Of a DNA stretch of 64,000 nucleotides, positions 32,048 through 42,854 are shown piece by piece. The first letter of the stretch is position 1. Each line of letters opens with the position of its first letter. The translations under genes were made by a program, and so were the position numbers. The notes beneath the pieces are model-generated. The model had not been told where the DNA came from. It saw only the letters and a program-made list of their open reading frames with translations, and made no database searches. The stretch comes from Candidatus Moanibacter sp. (lineage in GTDB: Bacteria > Verrucomicrobiota > Verrucomicrobiia > Opitutales > UBA2987), in assembly GCA_965215885.1 (NCBI GenBank), contig CBDCEW010000097.1, forward strand, positions 64,001-128,000, given 5' to 3'.

Positions 32048-32539
32048 TCATTCTGCAACAACTGCCGATTCGTCATGGCAGATCAACTCCAGCTCATTTC
32101 CCTCGGGGTCGTTGAAAAACAAAGCCTTGGCGTCCATGTTGGGAAATTTCACGGCACGTGGCGTTAAGCCCAACGCTTCAAGTCTCTTCTGGTGCGCTTC
32201 ATAGCTTTCGGGTGGAATTTCAAATGCCAGGTGATTCAGAGTCGATTTCGTGGGATCGTGTCCGGTCAACCGCTCCCTGGCAGCGGCGTGGCGTTGGAAG
32301 TCAATCACCACGAACAGCTGAGGGTGCCCATGTCTGCCCAGCGGCGTATCGAGCTGTTTGATGGTGAGAAAAGAAATCGTCGGCGCCCCATCAGGTGTCG
32401 GCTCCAAACCCTTGTCATGGCATGCTTCAAAAAGAAGATCGAAGCCGAGAACTTCTCGGTAAAAATCCCGCATCAACGGTAAATTACGGACGCTGAGAAC
32501 GATCTCCGCGATTCCTGTTATAGGGAGAGCATCTTTCAT
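32048..32539 (-). CDS. VOC / glyoxalase family protein
   Basis: FYREVLGF, NHLAFEI, FFNDPEGNELEL. Confidence 0.85.
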   Translation of the reverse strand: MKDALPITGIAEIVLSVRNLPLMRDFYREVLGFDLLFEACHDKGLEPTPDGAPTISFLTIKQLDTPLGRHGHPQLFVVIDFQRHAAARERLTGHDPTKSTLNHLAFEIPPESYEAHQKRLEALGLTPRAVKFPNMDAKALFFNDPEGNELELICHDESAVVAE

Positions 32540-32700
32540 CGGTCTCTCTGACTCTTCATCCCTCAGGGATAGGAATGCCATTAGGAATAACTTTCAATAT
32601 TTTATACGGCGCATAGGCAAAGCGGGATGCCGGATACAATCTGCCGGACTAAGCCGCTGCTGGGCAATGCAAAAGACTGAATTCGGAGCCGTTGGTCATT

Positions 32701-34833
32701 TCAATGGGAATTGCGTGTGAGATCAATGGCGGCAGGCGCGTTGCCACGAAGATAGCGCTTCCACATTAACCGGTACCCTCTTTCCAGGTACCTGGTGTAT
32801 CCCGGGGTATCAAACAACGGTTTGGACATTCTATATTCTTCCAACCGTACCTTTATCTCTTCGAGTTCCCTGCGGTCGAGGGCAAGCCGAACCGCTCTCT
32901 CAACATATTCCTCCAGATCGTTCACAACCAACTCGGGCAAGCCAACGGCATTGAGAAGGCTGGCGCTCATTCGCGTAATGAAATTCCCGCCGCGCATGGC
33001 CAATACGGGAACCCCGCCGCGAAGTGTATCAATAGTTGTTGTTCCCCCACTACAAACCATCGTATCGAGAGCGAGGTCGGCGACTGAGATTCTTTTAATG
33101 TGTCGGGCGACTGGCAGACGGTCGGCGAATCTGACCCGGTCGGCATTCACGCCTCGAAGTTCCGTTTCTTTCATCAGGTTCTTTTTCGCCAGTTCATTGA
33201 AAGCGATTAACCACAGGACACTCCTCGGAACCCTTTTTAGAATGCGCATCCAGGCATCGAAAATCGAGGGATCAATTTTAACGGGCCGGTTGAAGGAGCA
33301 GTAGACAAAGTCCTCTTCGGGTAGGTTGAGCGATTTTCTCTCAAAGACCTCATTGGAAATAGGCTGTCTCCGATCCGACGGCATGTAAGTGTCCGGCATA
33401 AAGACCAACTTTTCACTGAAACAGTGTGCCTCCTCCAGCGGGGTAACAATCTTATCTCCGATAACGTAGTCAATAAAATCGGCCCCTGAGGTACCGGCAA
33501 ATCCCAAATAACTAACTTGAATCGGAGCCGGTCGAAGAGCAAAAATCCCCAACCTGTTCATCGGCATGTGAACTTGAAGATCCACCAGTATATCTATCCG
33601 GTCGTCAAATATTCTCTGGGTTACTTCCCTATTGCTCAGAGTTTCAATATCCCGAAATTGACAGCAACACTGAGCAATTCTCTTCCTGTAATTTCCGGTG
33701 TCCTCCGGTCCATAAGAATAACCGAAAATTTCGAAATTCCGGGCATCATGTTCTTCGAATACCCCCGCCATCAGATGTGATAAGGGGTGTTCCCGAAAAT
33801 CCCGTGAGAGATATCCTAATCGAATGTTCTCATTAACCCGCCTCTCGGCGTGGGAGAATACCAATGCCCCGGATTTCGCCGCTTTCTCGCTGATATGGCG
33901 CGCCCATGATATTGCCACTTCGAGATTCAGTTCCGGGTTGGCATGGCGGTAGAGATTCATAAAGGGATTCTCTCCCGTGCGCCGCCCTTCCTCTATTGCC
34001 GCGGCGGTGGCGGAGTCTACCCTCTCACCCAATTCCCGTACTCTGTCCCACGCGCACACATTAATCAAAACATCCAGAAGACTTGCCTGGAAAAGCTCGC
34101 TTTCAGGGCTCTCTTTAAGGGCGGTCTTATAGGCATCAATCGCTTTCTCCAACTCTCCTGTCTGGAAATAAACGCTTCCCAAATTATAAAACGCACCGGC
34201 ATACCTGGGGGACAGCTCGATCGCCTTCCTGAAACATTCAACAGCTTGAGGAAATCGCCCCATCTCCTGCAGGACGATTCCCAGGTTGTTGAAACCGAAA
34301 GCGTATGACGGTTCCACATTCAGCGCTTTCCGGTAAGCCGCGCCCGCTTCACGCAAGTCGCCCTTCTTAAAACAGGCATGGCCGATCTTATTATGAGTCT
34401 CAGCATTCTGTGGATCAATTCTGGCCGCTTCCCGATACGAAATAATTGCTTCGTCCAGTTTTCCGAGTTCCATCAAGGCATTACCGAGATTCAAACGCGC
34501 ATGAAAATACCGGCGGTCAGTATTCAGTGTCTTTTCAAACTCCCTGATCGCCTTTTCATACTCTCCATCATCAAGGTAAATCACACCGATATTGTTGAGC
34601 GCAGATGCAAAATTCGGCTTTATCTTCAACGCCGTTCGATACGCCTTGAGCGCCTTCTTATCATTTCCACTCTTGTGGTATACTAAGCCCAAGAGGTGGT
34701 GCGCGTCGGCAAAGCAAGGCTTACGCTTGATTATCTCCACGCAAGTGCGTTGGGCATCTTTCAAACGACCGGACCGAAAATCTTCAAAGGCCTTCCTCAA
34801 AGCATTCGAGTCATCGGAGGATCGTCCTCCCAT
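32701..34833 (-). CDS. TPR-containing O-GlcNAc transferase / SPINDLY-like glycosyltransferase (GT41)
   Basis: Tandem TPRs followed by LGYLSRDFREHP, RPAPIQVSYLGF, SFNRPVKI, DLALDT, GVPVL. Confidence 0.9.
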   Translation of the reverse strand: MGGRSSDDSNALRKAFEDFRSGRLKDAQRTCVEIIKRKPCFADAHHLLGLVYHKSGNDKKALKAYRTALKIKPNFASALNNIGVIYLDDGEYEKAIREFEKTLNTDRRYFHARLNLGNALMELGKLDEAIISYREAARIDPQNAETHNKIGHACFKKGDLREAGAAYRKALNVEPSYAFGFNNLGIVLQEMGRFPQAVECFRKAIELSPRYAGAFYNLGSVYFQTGELEKAIDAYKTALKESPESELFQASLLDVLINVCAWDRVRELGERVDSATAAAIEEGRRTGENPFMNLYRHANPELNLEVAISWARHISEKAAKSGALVFSHAERRVNENIRLGYLSRDFREHPLSHLMAGVFEEHDARNFEIFGYSYGPEDTGNYRKRIAQCCCQFRDIETLSNREVTQRIFDDRIDILVDLQVHMPMNRLGIFALRPAPIQVSYLGFAGTSGADFIDYVIGDKIVTPLEEAHCFSEKLVFMPDTYMPSDRRQPISNEVFERKSLNLPEEDFVYCSFNRPVKIDPSIFDAWMRILKRVPRSVLWLIAFNELAKKNLMKETELRGVNADRVRFADRLPVARHIKRISVADLALDTMVCSGGTTTIDTLRGGVPVLAMRGGNFITRMSASLLNAVGLPELVVNDLEEYVERAVRLALDRRELEEIKVRLEEYRMSKPLFDTPGYTRYLERGYRLMWKRYLRGNAPAAIDLTRNSH

Positions 34834-35229
34834 AATAAATCTGTCCTCTTTAGCACTAATGCCGCACCTGCGATAGTGTTATGATCCTCGGCGGTTGTGC
34901 GATGCCAAAGGTGAAAATCCTCGATATCTTCTCGATTCCAATGAAGTTTCGAACCACACCCGGTCAACGCGCTATGGTTCCAAATCAATTCTTTGGTGAA
35001 ATCAGTAGATGGTTAGAAAAGAGAGAGTTGGGAGGGGTGTATATTAGATTCGAGGCGGGGTTTGGTGAGAGCGTGGGCGTGGATGTCGACGCAAAGCTCC
35101 CGGCAAGCCGGGACAAAGAGAAGAATATATCAACAGGACGCACAACGGATCCGGAGAGCAGTCTATTCTTGCCGCCTTCTTCTTCGCGCTCGGGGCTTCG
35201 CCCCAAACCCGCTCGGCTCGCAGGTTCCC

Positions 35230-35465
35230 TAGCTCGCAATGAGTTGGATTGGGAGATCTCTCTGGAACAATGCTTGAGAATTCTCAAGAAGACGAAGAGT
35301 GATATTGAGGGAGAGAGAAAATCAGCGCAATGGAAATTCGCACTCGCCCTAGTACTGAAAGAACGCACTTCGGCGCCAAACGGGTGGAACCCCGGAAAGC
35401 TCAATATGGGTGGACATAACTCTTTCAGCCACAACGTCAGTCTCTTTCGGCCTGAACAGAAGTAA
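35230..35465 (+). pseudogene. C-terminal remnant of a REP-associated (Y1/IS200-like) tyrosine transposase
   Basis: KSAQWKFALALVLKERTSAPNGW..KLNMG resembles the helical tail of such proteins; followed by the ccaacatttcgcagtctgaccc end motif. Confidence 0.45.
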
Positions 35466-36265
35466 GTCCCCCAGAGCACTGAGAAAATTCCAACATTTCG
35501 CAGTCTGACCCGAATGGCGCTAAGATAAGCCAAAAATAATTGTAAGAAATATGTAAAAAAGCTTGTACTATGACCGTTAGTAGGCTAATCTTGTTGTATG
35601 AAAAATATGACAAGATTCCTGCCTGGGTTTAATCACATTCTATGCGGTCGCCCGCCTAAGTCGGCCCTGGCACAATTAAAGCAAAAACTGGCTCATCTAA
35701 GAGAGTCAACTCTATCGGAGTTGTCGGATCTGTTTGATCGGTGGATTCCTCTGGGAGTTTTGCAACCCAAGAGCGAAAAGAAAACAGCCGGGAACGAGTC
35801 TACTCACTCAGAACGACCTTCTGGGGCTTTCTGTTCCAGGTGCTCTCCCCGCAGACAGCCTGCCGGGAGGTCGTCAGAAAGGTGCAGAGCTACTGTAGTG
35901 AGCGGGAGTTGAACCTGCCCAGTTCCTCCACCTCGGCCTATTGCCAGGCACGTCAGCGCATAGGTATAGAGGACTTACAAAAGATCGGTGAAGAGGTCAG
36001 CGAGCAGATACACAAGGAGGTAAGGCAAGCGCAGCGGTGGAAGGGGCACGAGGTCAGAGTGATAGACGGTACTGGGATCAGTATGCCCGATACCGAGCAG
36101 AACCAGAGGGCCTTTCCCCAACCCGGGGGGGCAGAAAGAGGGGTGCGGATTTCCCGTCATGCTTCTGGTGGGCTGTTTCTGTTTGGCCAGCGGGGCCTTG
36201 CTGCACGTAAGCGACCGGGCAACGACCTTGTAGCGCAAAGATGCCGACCGTGATATGATTATGGG

Positions 36266-36631
36266 ATGGGAGAAAAAACGAGAGGGCGGACACGGTCGAA
36301 GCGAATCGTTCGACGAAGTCGGCAGGAGCGCAGGCGACTGATAAGCGCATACCGTCGCAGCAATCAGACGCAGAGGGCGTTTGCCCAGCGGCACGGTATC
36401 AAGTATATGACCTTTATGGGATGGCTGCGCAAGGACCGGGCCGGGCACAGAAGCAGCGGGGTAAAATCGGCGGGGGCGCGGTTTGCCGAAGTTACGGTGC
36501 AGAGCAGCGCGGTCACGGAGGATCGGATCGAGATCGTCTTAGGGGACCCGATACGGGTGGAGGTGGACTGCGGTGTTGCGGTGGAACAAGTGGCGAGTCT
36601 GGTGAAGGCGTTGAGGGAATCGGGATGCTGA
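36266..36631 (+). CDS. tnpA: IS66 accessory protein TnpA
   Basis: HTH (TQRAFAQRHGI..TFMGW), FAEV; first ORF of the IS66. Confidence 0.82.
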   Translation: MGEKTRGRTRSKRIVRRSRQERRRLISAYRRSNQTQRAFAQRHGIKYMTFMGWLRKDRAGHRSSGVKSAGARFAEVTVQSSAVTEDRIEIVLGDPIRVEVDCGVAVEQVASLVKALRESGC

Positions 36632-36975
36632 GCTTACCGGGAACGATGAAGGTTTTCCTGGCCGTGGGAGTAACGGATCTGCGAAAGAGCTTTAATGGTC
36701 TCTACGCCCTGGCGGCCAATCAGCTCAAGGAAGACCCGTTGAGCGGAGCGGTCTTTGTCTTCTGCAATCGCAGCCGGGACCGGGTCAAGATTCTGTATTG
36801 GGACGGCACGGGGTTATGGGTTTTCGCAAAGCGATTAGAGAAGGGTCGGTTCAGCTGGCCGCAGGGAGTGGACTTGAAAGATCAGAAGCTTCCATTGCGC
36901 CCTGAAGCGTTGAGCATGCTCTTGAATGGGATCGACCTGAGGGAGGGGAAGATGCGGCCCTGGTATCAGCGTTAG
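36625..36975 (+). CDS. tnpB: IS66 accessory protein TnpB
   Basis: DLRKSFNGL, FVFCNR..RVKILYWDGTG..KRLEKGRF. Confidence 0.9.
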   Translation: MLSLPGTMKVFLAVGVTDLRKSFNGLYALAANQLKEDPLSGAVFVFCNRSRDRVKILYWDGTGLWVFAKRLEKGRFSWPQGVDLKDQKLPLRPEALSMLLNGIDLREGKMRPWYQR

Positions 36976-37042
36976 GTCAAAAAAAGTGATTTTTTTGAAA
37001 AAGTATTGCTTTTCTTATTACCGTTAGTTTAGTATTGTTTTC

Positions 37043-38546
37043 ATGCCTGAAGTCGAGGTTTTGCAAACAGAGCTGGAGCAACTCCGAGAGGAGAATCGGC
37101 TTTTACGTCAGAAGATCGGCTGGCTCATTAAGCGCTACTTTGGAGGCAACCAAAGCGAGCGGATCGATCCGGGACAGCTGGAATTGCTCCTGGCCGGGCT
37201 GGAGCAGGCCGAGGAAAACAAACCCGCTGAGCAAACGGCAGAGCCACCACCCGAGCCGAAGGCGCGCAAAGGAGCTGGGGCGAGGCGACAGCGTCTGCCC
37301 GAGCACCTGGAAGTCGAAGAGATCGTAATCGAACCCGAAGCGGTGAAGGTTGAACCGCAAAAGTGGCGGTTGATCGGTGAGGAAGTCACTGAAGAGTTAG
37401 ATTTGCTCCCGGCCCGATTTATCAGGCGGCGCTATATACGGCGCAAATATGTATCTCGCGAAAAGCCCCAGGAACCTCCCGTGCTGGCGCCATTACCATC
37501 GCGGCTGATTGAAAAAGGGATCCCTGGGGTGGGGCTTTTGGTGCACATATTACTGAGCAAATACGTCGATCACCTGCCGTTGTATCGACAGGAGAAGATT
37601 TTCCGGGAACGCTACGGAGTAAGGGTGGCGCGCCAGAGCATGCTCGATTGGATCCACCAGGTAGCGCAATGGCTAAAACCCATCTACAACTACATGTGCT
37701 TACAATTGTTCGAGGGCGGTTACATCCAAGCGGACGAAACGCCCATCCGCTACCTGGATCCGGACGCAGGCAAGAAAGAGGGCTGCAGGAAAGGATACCT
37801 GTGGGTCTACGGGGCGACCCGGCGGCGAGGTGCTCTACGACTGGCACACAGGCCGTGGGGTAAAATGTCTCGAGCAGTTCCTCAACGGATACGAAGGGTT
37901 GCTCCAACCCGACGGTTACGCAGCCTATGGCAGTTTCGCCCGGGAGCATAACGGGATTACCCTGTTTGGGTGCTGGGCACACCTGCGACGCAAATTTGTG
38001 GAGGCGATGGATGAGAATCCGAAGCTGGCCGGCTGGGTGGTGCGGCAGATCCACAATCTCTACAGAGACGAGCGCCATCTGCGCGAACAGCGGGCCGGTC
38101 CCGCCTTGCGCGAAGCCTACCGGAAAAGCCATGGTCGGATGATCGTGGAACGCTTGGGCAAAGCCTTGCCTATACTCAAACGGCGGGCCTTGCCGCGGAG
38201 CAAAATGGGTGAAGCCGTTGAGTATGCTCTGAACCAGTGGGAATCACTCAAGCGCTACCTCGAGCATGGCAAGGTTGAAATCGACAATAACCTCATTGAG
38301 AATGCTATCCGGCCGACCGCCCTGGGAAAGAAAAACTGGATGTTCATCGGCCACCCCAAGGCCGGTTGGAGAAGCGCCGTAATTTACTCGATCATTGAGA
38401 GTTGCCGGCGGCACGCAATTGAACCATCCGCTTACCTCACTGACGTCCTCAAAAGATTGCCGGACATGAACATCACCGAGATCGCCGAACTCGCTCCGGC
38501 GAATTGGAAGCCGACCCGAACAGGCGAACCGCTCGCAGCCTCTTGA
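37043..38546 (+). CDS. tnpC: IS66 transposase TnpC; one frameshift near 37812
   Basis: KYVDHLPLYRQ, QADET, DGYAAY, CWAHLRRKF, IDNNLIENAIRP split across two frames at a G4 run. Confidence 0.88.
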
Positions 38547-39506
38547 ACCCGGACACTGCCAGGATCCTCGCGCATGCCGCGATCCATAGGGCAGTTCACC
38601 GGTCGTTTACTGCTGCACTGTGTCGAGACCACCTTAAAAAACCATGAAAGCGGCATTTTGCGCAAATTCGTTGGGTATTTGAAAAAAGCAGAGGTGGTTC
38701 TGTGCGACCGCGGTTATTGCTCTTATGCCAATCTTGGGCTGCTTCTAAACCATCAAATGGACGCGGTCATGCGCCTGCACCAAAGGCACAAATGCGACTT
38801 CCGTAGCGGCCAAACACTGGGCCGATACGATCGGCTGGTGACCTGGAAAAAACCGCAGAGACAGCACGGGTTCAGCCCGGAAGAATGGGCTCAATTACCG
38901 GCCGAACTGACTCTGCGAATGGTGCGTTTCTTCGTTCAGATCAAAGGATTCCGTACCCGAAAGATCGATCTTGTGACACCCCTTTACCGACCCCCTCCAA
39001 TACACCGTAGAGGATCTGGCCGATCTCTACTTCCGCCGCTGGTCAGTGGAACTGTTTTTTCGCGACATAAAACGACTATGAAGATGGAAACGTACGCTGC
39101 CTTACTCCCGAAATGGTGCATAAGGAAATCCAGCTGTTCTTTATCGCCTATAATCTCATCCGCGCCCTCATGCAACACGCCGCCACCCTCTATCAGCGTG
39201 ACCTGCATCGGCTCAGCTTCAAGAGCACGGTCGACACCGTTCGGCAGTACTGCACCGCTCTGAACGCCACCCGCAAGCAACCTCGAAAGCAACAACGCAT
39301 CATTGACGAGATGGTTCTGATTATTGCCGAGGAGACTGTTCCACTACGAGAACACCGCAGCGAACCACGAGCGGTCAAACGAAGACCGAAACCTTACCAA
39401 TTACTAACGAAGCCGCGAGGGAAAATGAAAGTCTCGCGCGCTCGCAGAAACAAAGGCAAAAATCGTCGTTAATCGGGCTTATCTTAGCGCCATTCCACTC
39501 TGACCC

Positions 39507-39645
39507 GAATGGCGCTAACTTAAGGCAAGAATCGCTCGCAAGCGAGCTTCCTACCAGTTTCACAAGGTGTTGTAGGAAAGCCGCCTGCGGCCGAAACCGA
39601 GCACCGCCGTAATTACCGTTTATGCCCGTTATCTTAGCGCCATAC
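39507..39645. mobile_element. IS4-derived MITE in tandem with IS4 copy 1
   Basis: Ends gaatggcgctaactta / tatcttagcgccatac; flanked by cactctgaccc and cattctgaccc. Confidence 0.8.
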
Positions 39646-40128
39646 CATTCTGACCCCACGCTCCCGCCCCGGACGGCCCTCTGGGGGCATTCTCTCCTCG
39701 ATAGTCCTGCCAGACTACCGTATCCCGACTGTGCGCGGCGATCTTGATCGGAGAGCGCGTATTATGGGGGGGGATACCGGAGCTCCACAGATAGAGGAGC
39801 CGGTGCCCTGTCCCTCCCCTATTCATCCTTTTTTCAGATAAAGCACATTCTTTCTTCGGGTAACTTTATATCCTTTCTTTTCCCACTGCTTTTGTTGCCG
39901 CTTGGCGTAGTCTTCGTTTTTATACTCTTTCTTCTCACTCTTCTCAGCTGCCATTATGTTCCTCCCTTAGATTATAGTTGAGATGACAAGCCATAGAATC
40001 AATTCATAGCCACAAGTCAAGTCCGGCTTTACGGCGTGTACAAGCCGCTTCATCGGGAAGCGCTGAGGGGGGTTTTGTTGATTCATTGCGACCAGCACCA
40101 GCGTAAACGCACCCAAGCCCAAGACGAT

Positions 40129-40386
40129 CTACACATACGCATTCGTCCCCGACCCCAGATTCGCGACAAAGAATGCCACGGTTAAAGCGGCGAACAATCC
40201 GATGAGCGTGTTCAGCAAACTCGTCACCCGCGCCTTCTGCGCCTCAAGCTTCGTCTCGCAATCAAGGCGGTATTGGAGGTTGGTGAGTTCGGTTTGGAGG
40301 GTTATGCGGTCTTTGGGCCGGAGGCCATCGTCACGGGCGAGGCGCGATTCCGAGGTTTCGATAGCGGTGAGGGTGCGTTGGGGCAT
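40129..40386 (-). CDS. Small hypothetical protein with C-terminal TM segment
   Basis: 85-aa ORF, coiled-coil-like then hydrophobic. Confidence 0.4.
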   Translation of the reverse strand: MPQRTLTAIETSESRLARDDGLRPKDRITLQTELTNLQYRLDCETKLEAQKARVTSLLNTLIGLFAALTVAFFVANLGSGTNAYV

Positions 40387-40468
40387 TTAACTAAGCTTCT
40401 GGCGGCCAAGTCCACCCACGCCACGAATTCAGCGTGGGAGTTCAATATTTACGTTCTCGAAGGCTTTT

Positions 40469-40862
40469 GGGACGCATCGGGTGAGACTGCGAAGTGTTTG
40501 ATTTTCTTTACTGCTCTGCAGGCCATACTATTCGTTTTCGCGGAATGGAATCGATCCCGGCGAAAACCACCTCACGGGGCAGTCCCGCTAGCGGGTCGGA
40601 GTCGTCGGACCACGTCAGGTCCCGCTGGGCGGGATCGGCCTCGCCGAAGCAAAGACAGACCTGTCACGGCGAAGCAGAAGCGAAGACGGATCGCTACCTT
40701 CAGTCCTTGGCTTGCGATCCCTCAAATTGGAATTTCAGACACCTCAAAGCCACTTTCAAATTAAACAACTCGCAATCTGACCTCATGAACTCCGGGACAG
40801 GATTAAAAGCATTAGGTCGTCCAGAATATTGGGGAGAATCTAACACTTCGCAAACTGACCCC
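40469..40862. repeat. About 390-bp repeat with terminal inverted repeats (copy A)
   Basis: Highly similar to 45476-45866; ends gactgcgaagtgtttgatt / aatctaacacttcgcaaactgacc. Confidence 0.85.
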
Positions 40863-40914
40863 ATGCTCGCGCCAACGAAAGGGTCGGGGGCCTTTAGCAA
40901 AATCGATCCGACCG

Positions 40915-41382
40915 CTACTTGCTGAGCAGAAAGCCATGGCGGGTACCATCGGTATAAGACCCGGCCATGTCGCCGCGATCGTTGATGCCGAAAACCAGGG
41001 TCCGACTACTGCCGAGGACATCGATGCTGGTATAAACGTCCTTGCTCAGCAGAAACCCGTGAAGGAATGGTTCGCCTGGTAGAGCATACCGTCCAACGAT
41101 GTCGCCGCGGTTATTGATGTCACGGACTATGGTCCGATCGGCTCCGGGGAAGTCGATGGTGGTGAAGACTTCCCTGCTCAGCACAAAACCATGTGTGGCA
41201 CCTGTCGCATCGATATACCACCCGACGATGTCGCCCAGATCGTTGCTACCGATCGCTAAAGTATGGATGGCTCCGGGAAAATCAATGGTGGTGAAGCTGT
41301 TGGGAGGGGCCGCTGTAGTTTTGGGCGTGACTCCAAGCAACAAGATACATGCGATTAGGTATACTTCGAGGCGGTGGCTCAT
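40915..41382 (-). CDS. Secreted HAF-like repeat protein
   Basis: Signal peptide plus three repeats of TIDFPGA..T....IN.RGDIVG.Y....HGF.LS. Confidence 0.75.
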   Translation of the reverse strand: MSHRLEVYLIACILLLGVTPKTTAAPPNSFTTIDFPGAIHTLAIGSNDLGDIVGWYIDATGATHGFVLSREVFTTIDFPGADRTIVRDINNRGDIVGRYALPGEPFLHGFLLSKDVYTSIDVLGSSRTLVFGINDRGDMAGSYTDGTRHGFLLSK

Positions 41383-41633
41383 CTTTGGCTCCTTTCGATG
41401 ATGTCAGATGAAGAAACGGTGAGATGCGATACTAACACAATTAAATAACCAATAAGAAGCAGACCGTCAACATATAATCTGCGCTTTTACTCCGATTCAT
41501 CTTCGAGCTGATTCGTCACAGCGCGGGATGCAGCAGCAGGTTCATCATCGGGCTGTCAGCTCTCCGAACCATCTCCTAATAAGGCTGTGGCGGGAGCTGA
41601 AGAAGGGGATTGAGGGGTTTGAATAAATGTCTT

Positions 41634-42827
41634 CTATAATAACTCCACCATCAACCGCATAAAATAGCGATTCGCGTCGATAAAAGGCACCTTCAATCTC
41701 ACTGTGACAGTTTCGGTTCCATCTTCGTTATCAACGGGTTGATCGACTATCTCTACGAAATTACTGCCGGATATCCAACTCCCCGGTTGTAAGGTATCGC
41801 TGACTTCGACCACATACATAAGGCCTTTTGCGACGTAATCGACACCGACAGTTCCAACACCTCCTCTTCTTTGACGATAGGTAAGGGAAAGCTGGCCCGG
41901 ATCGTTGTCAGACGTAAGGAGGACAAATGCATCCTGGCTCTGAGGATTCAGGTTGAAGGCAAATTCCAGCAGGTTTGGAAATCCGTCTGCGTCGGGATCT
42001 TCAAGGATACCGGAAACCTCGGAATTATCGAGTTCGAGAGCGGTAAAGACTGTATGCCGCCAAAACTCAAACTGAGTAAGTGCCACGAACTCTTGGCTAT
42101 AGGTCGTGCTCTTATTGCCACTTTGATCGATCAGGCGCAGGTATATTCTAATTGCAGTATCGGGATCGTAGCTTGACAGATTCACAGGTAAATCGATTAC
42201 GACTGCGTTAGAAGGTGAAAACTCGGTATACGTAACCGTTGTAGACACTGAACCACCGGAAGAGAGGAAATATTCAATGCCTGCAATCGGTTTTAGAGGT
42301 TCCTGGCGATCATTACTATCCAGGTAAAAGGGCCTGAATGTAGTATGGCTCCAATTGCCTTTATCATCCTGCAGACGAAGGAATAGGAGGTGGGTGCCAT
42401 CCGCCATATTGGAGAGATCAAAAGAGATTGAAGAATCCAAGGTTGAACTCCCGCCAACATTTAAGGTAGCGCCGTTACCCAGGCCAGGATCGGAATCGAG
42501 GAAATACTCCCCTGTCGTAATAGCGGGTTGTCCGATTAGAGATTTGTTCAATACAAAAAATGATCGGAATGTGGTCAAACCCCAGTCCCCTTCGCTATCT
42601 TGCATCCGAATTCCCAGAAGGTAAAAACCTTCAGGTTCGCCTGCAAAGTCAATAGTATGGGACAAATCCAGTGTTGATGCGGGACTAACAGGGACCTCAA
42701 TGCCCTGCCCAAAACCTGGATCACTATTCAGAAAGTATTCTACGCGCGTTATTGTGCGCGCGGCCAGACTAGCAGACACCATGCAGATAAGCGCGGTTAG
42801 AAAAGCCGGTCTGGCTTCCGCTTTCAT
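41634..42827 (-). CDS. Secreted repeat protein with Verrucomicrobia-like C-terminal domain
   Basis: Signal peptide, repeated EYFL.SDPG.G.G modules, then DPDADGFPNLLEFAFNLNP ... YFMRL tail. Confidence 0.75.
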   Translation of the reverse strand: MKAEARPAFLTALICMVSASLAARTITRVEYFLNSDPGFGQGIEVPVSPASTLDLSHTIDFAGEPEGFYLLGIRMQDSEGDWGLTTFRSFFVLNKSLIGQPAITTGEYFLDSDPGLGNGATLNVGGSSTLDSSISFDLSNMADGTHLLFLRLQDDKGNWSHTTFRPFYLDSNDRQEPLKPIAGIEYFLSSGGSVSTTVTYTEFSPSNAVVIDLPVNLSSYDPDTAIRIYLRLIDQSGNKSTTYSQEFVALTQFEFWRHTVFTALELDNSEVSGILEDPDADGFPNLLEFAFNLNPQSQDAFVLLTSDNDPGQLSLTYRQRRGGVGTVGVDYVAKGLMYVVEVSDTLQPGSWISGSNFVEIVDQPVDNEDGTETVTVRLKVPFIDANRYFMRLMVELL

Positions 42828-42854
42828 TGTCGGGCAGCTATTGGAAACCGGGAG

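Larger units (their letters stand above)
36207..38610 (+). mobile_element. IS66-family element nested in IS4
   Basis: Ends gtaagcgaccgg / ccggtcgtttac; 8-bp TSD TGCTGCAC (36199-36206, 38611-38618). Confidence 0.93.
35512..39495 (+). mobile_element. IS4-family element (copy 1), interrupted by IS66 and frameshifted
   Basis: IRs gaatggcgctaagataagcc / ggcttatcttagcgccattc; 11-bp flanks cagtctgaccc / cactctgaccc; homologous to 45868-47440. Confidence 0.9.

Noticed and set aside
36625..36975. TnpB as an RNA-guided nuclease
   Set aside because: This is the small IS66 accessory TnpB, unrelated to the RuvC TnpB of IS605
39660..39970. RBS plus a short lysine-rich ORF on the minus strand
   Set aside because: It stops after about 29 codons and shows no recognisable family; possibly a frameshifted remnant
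40273..40764. ORFs here and at 45483-45770 with shared sequence
   Set aside because: They run through a palindromic repeat, have different starts and lack protein-like composition
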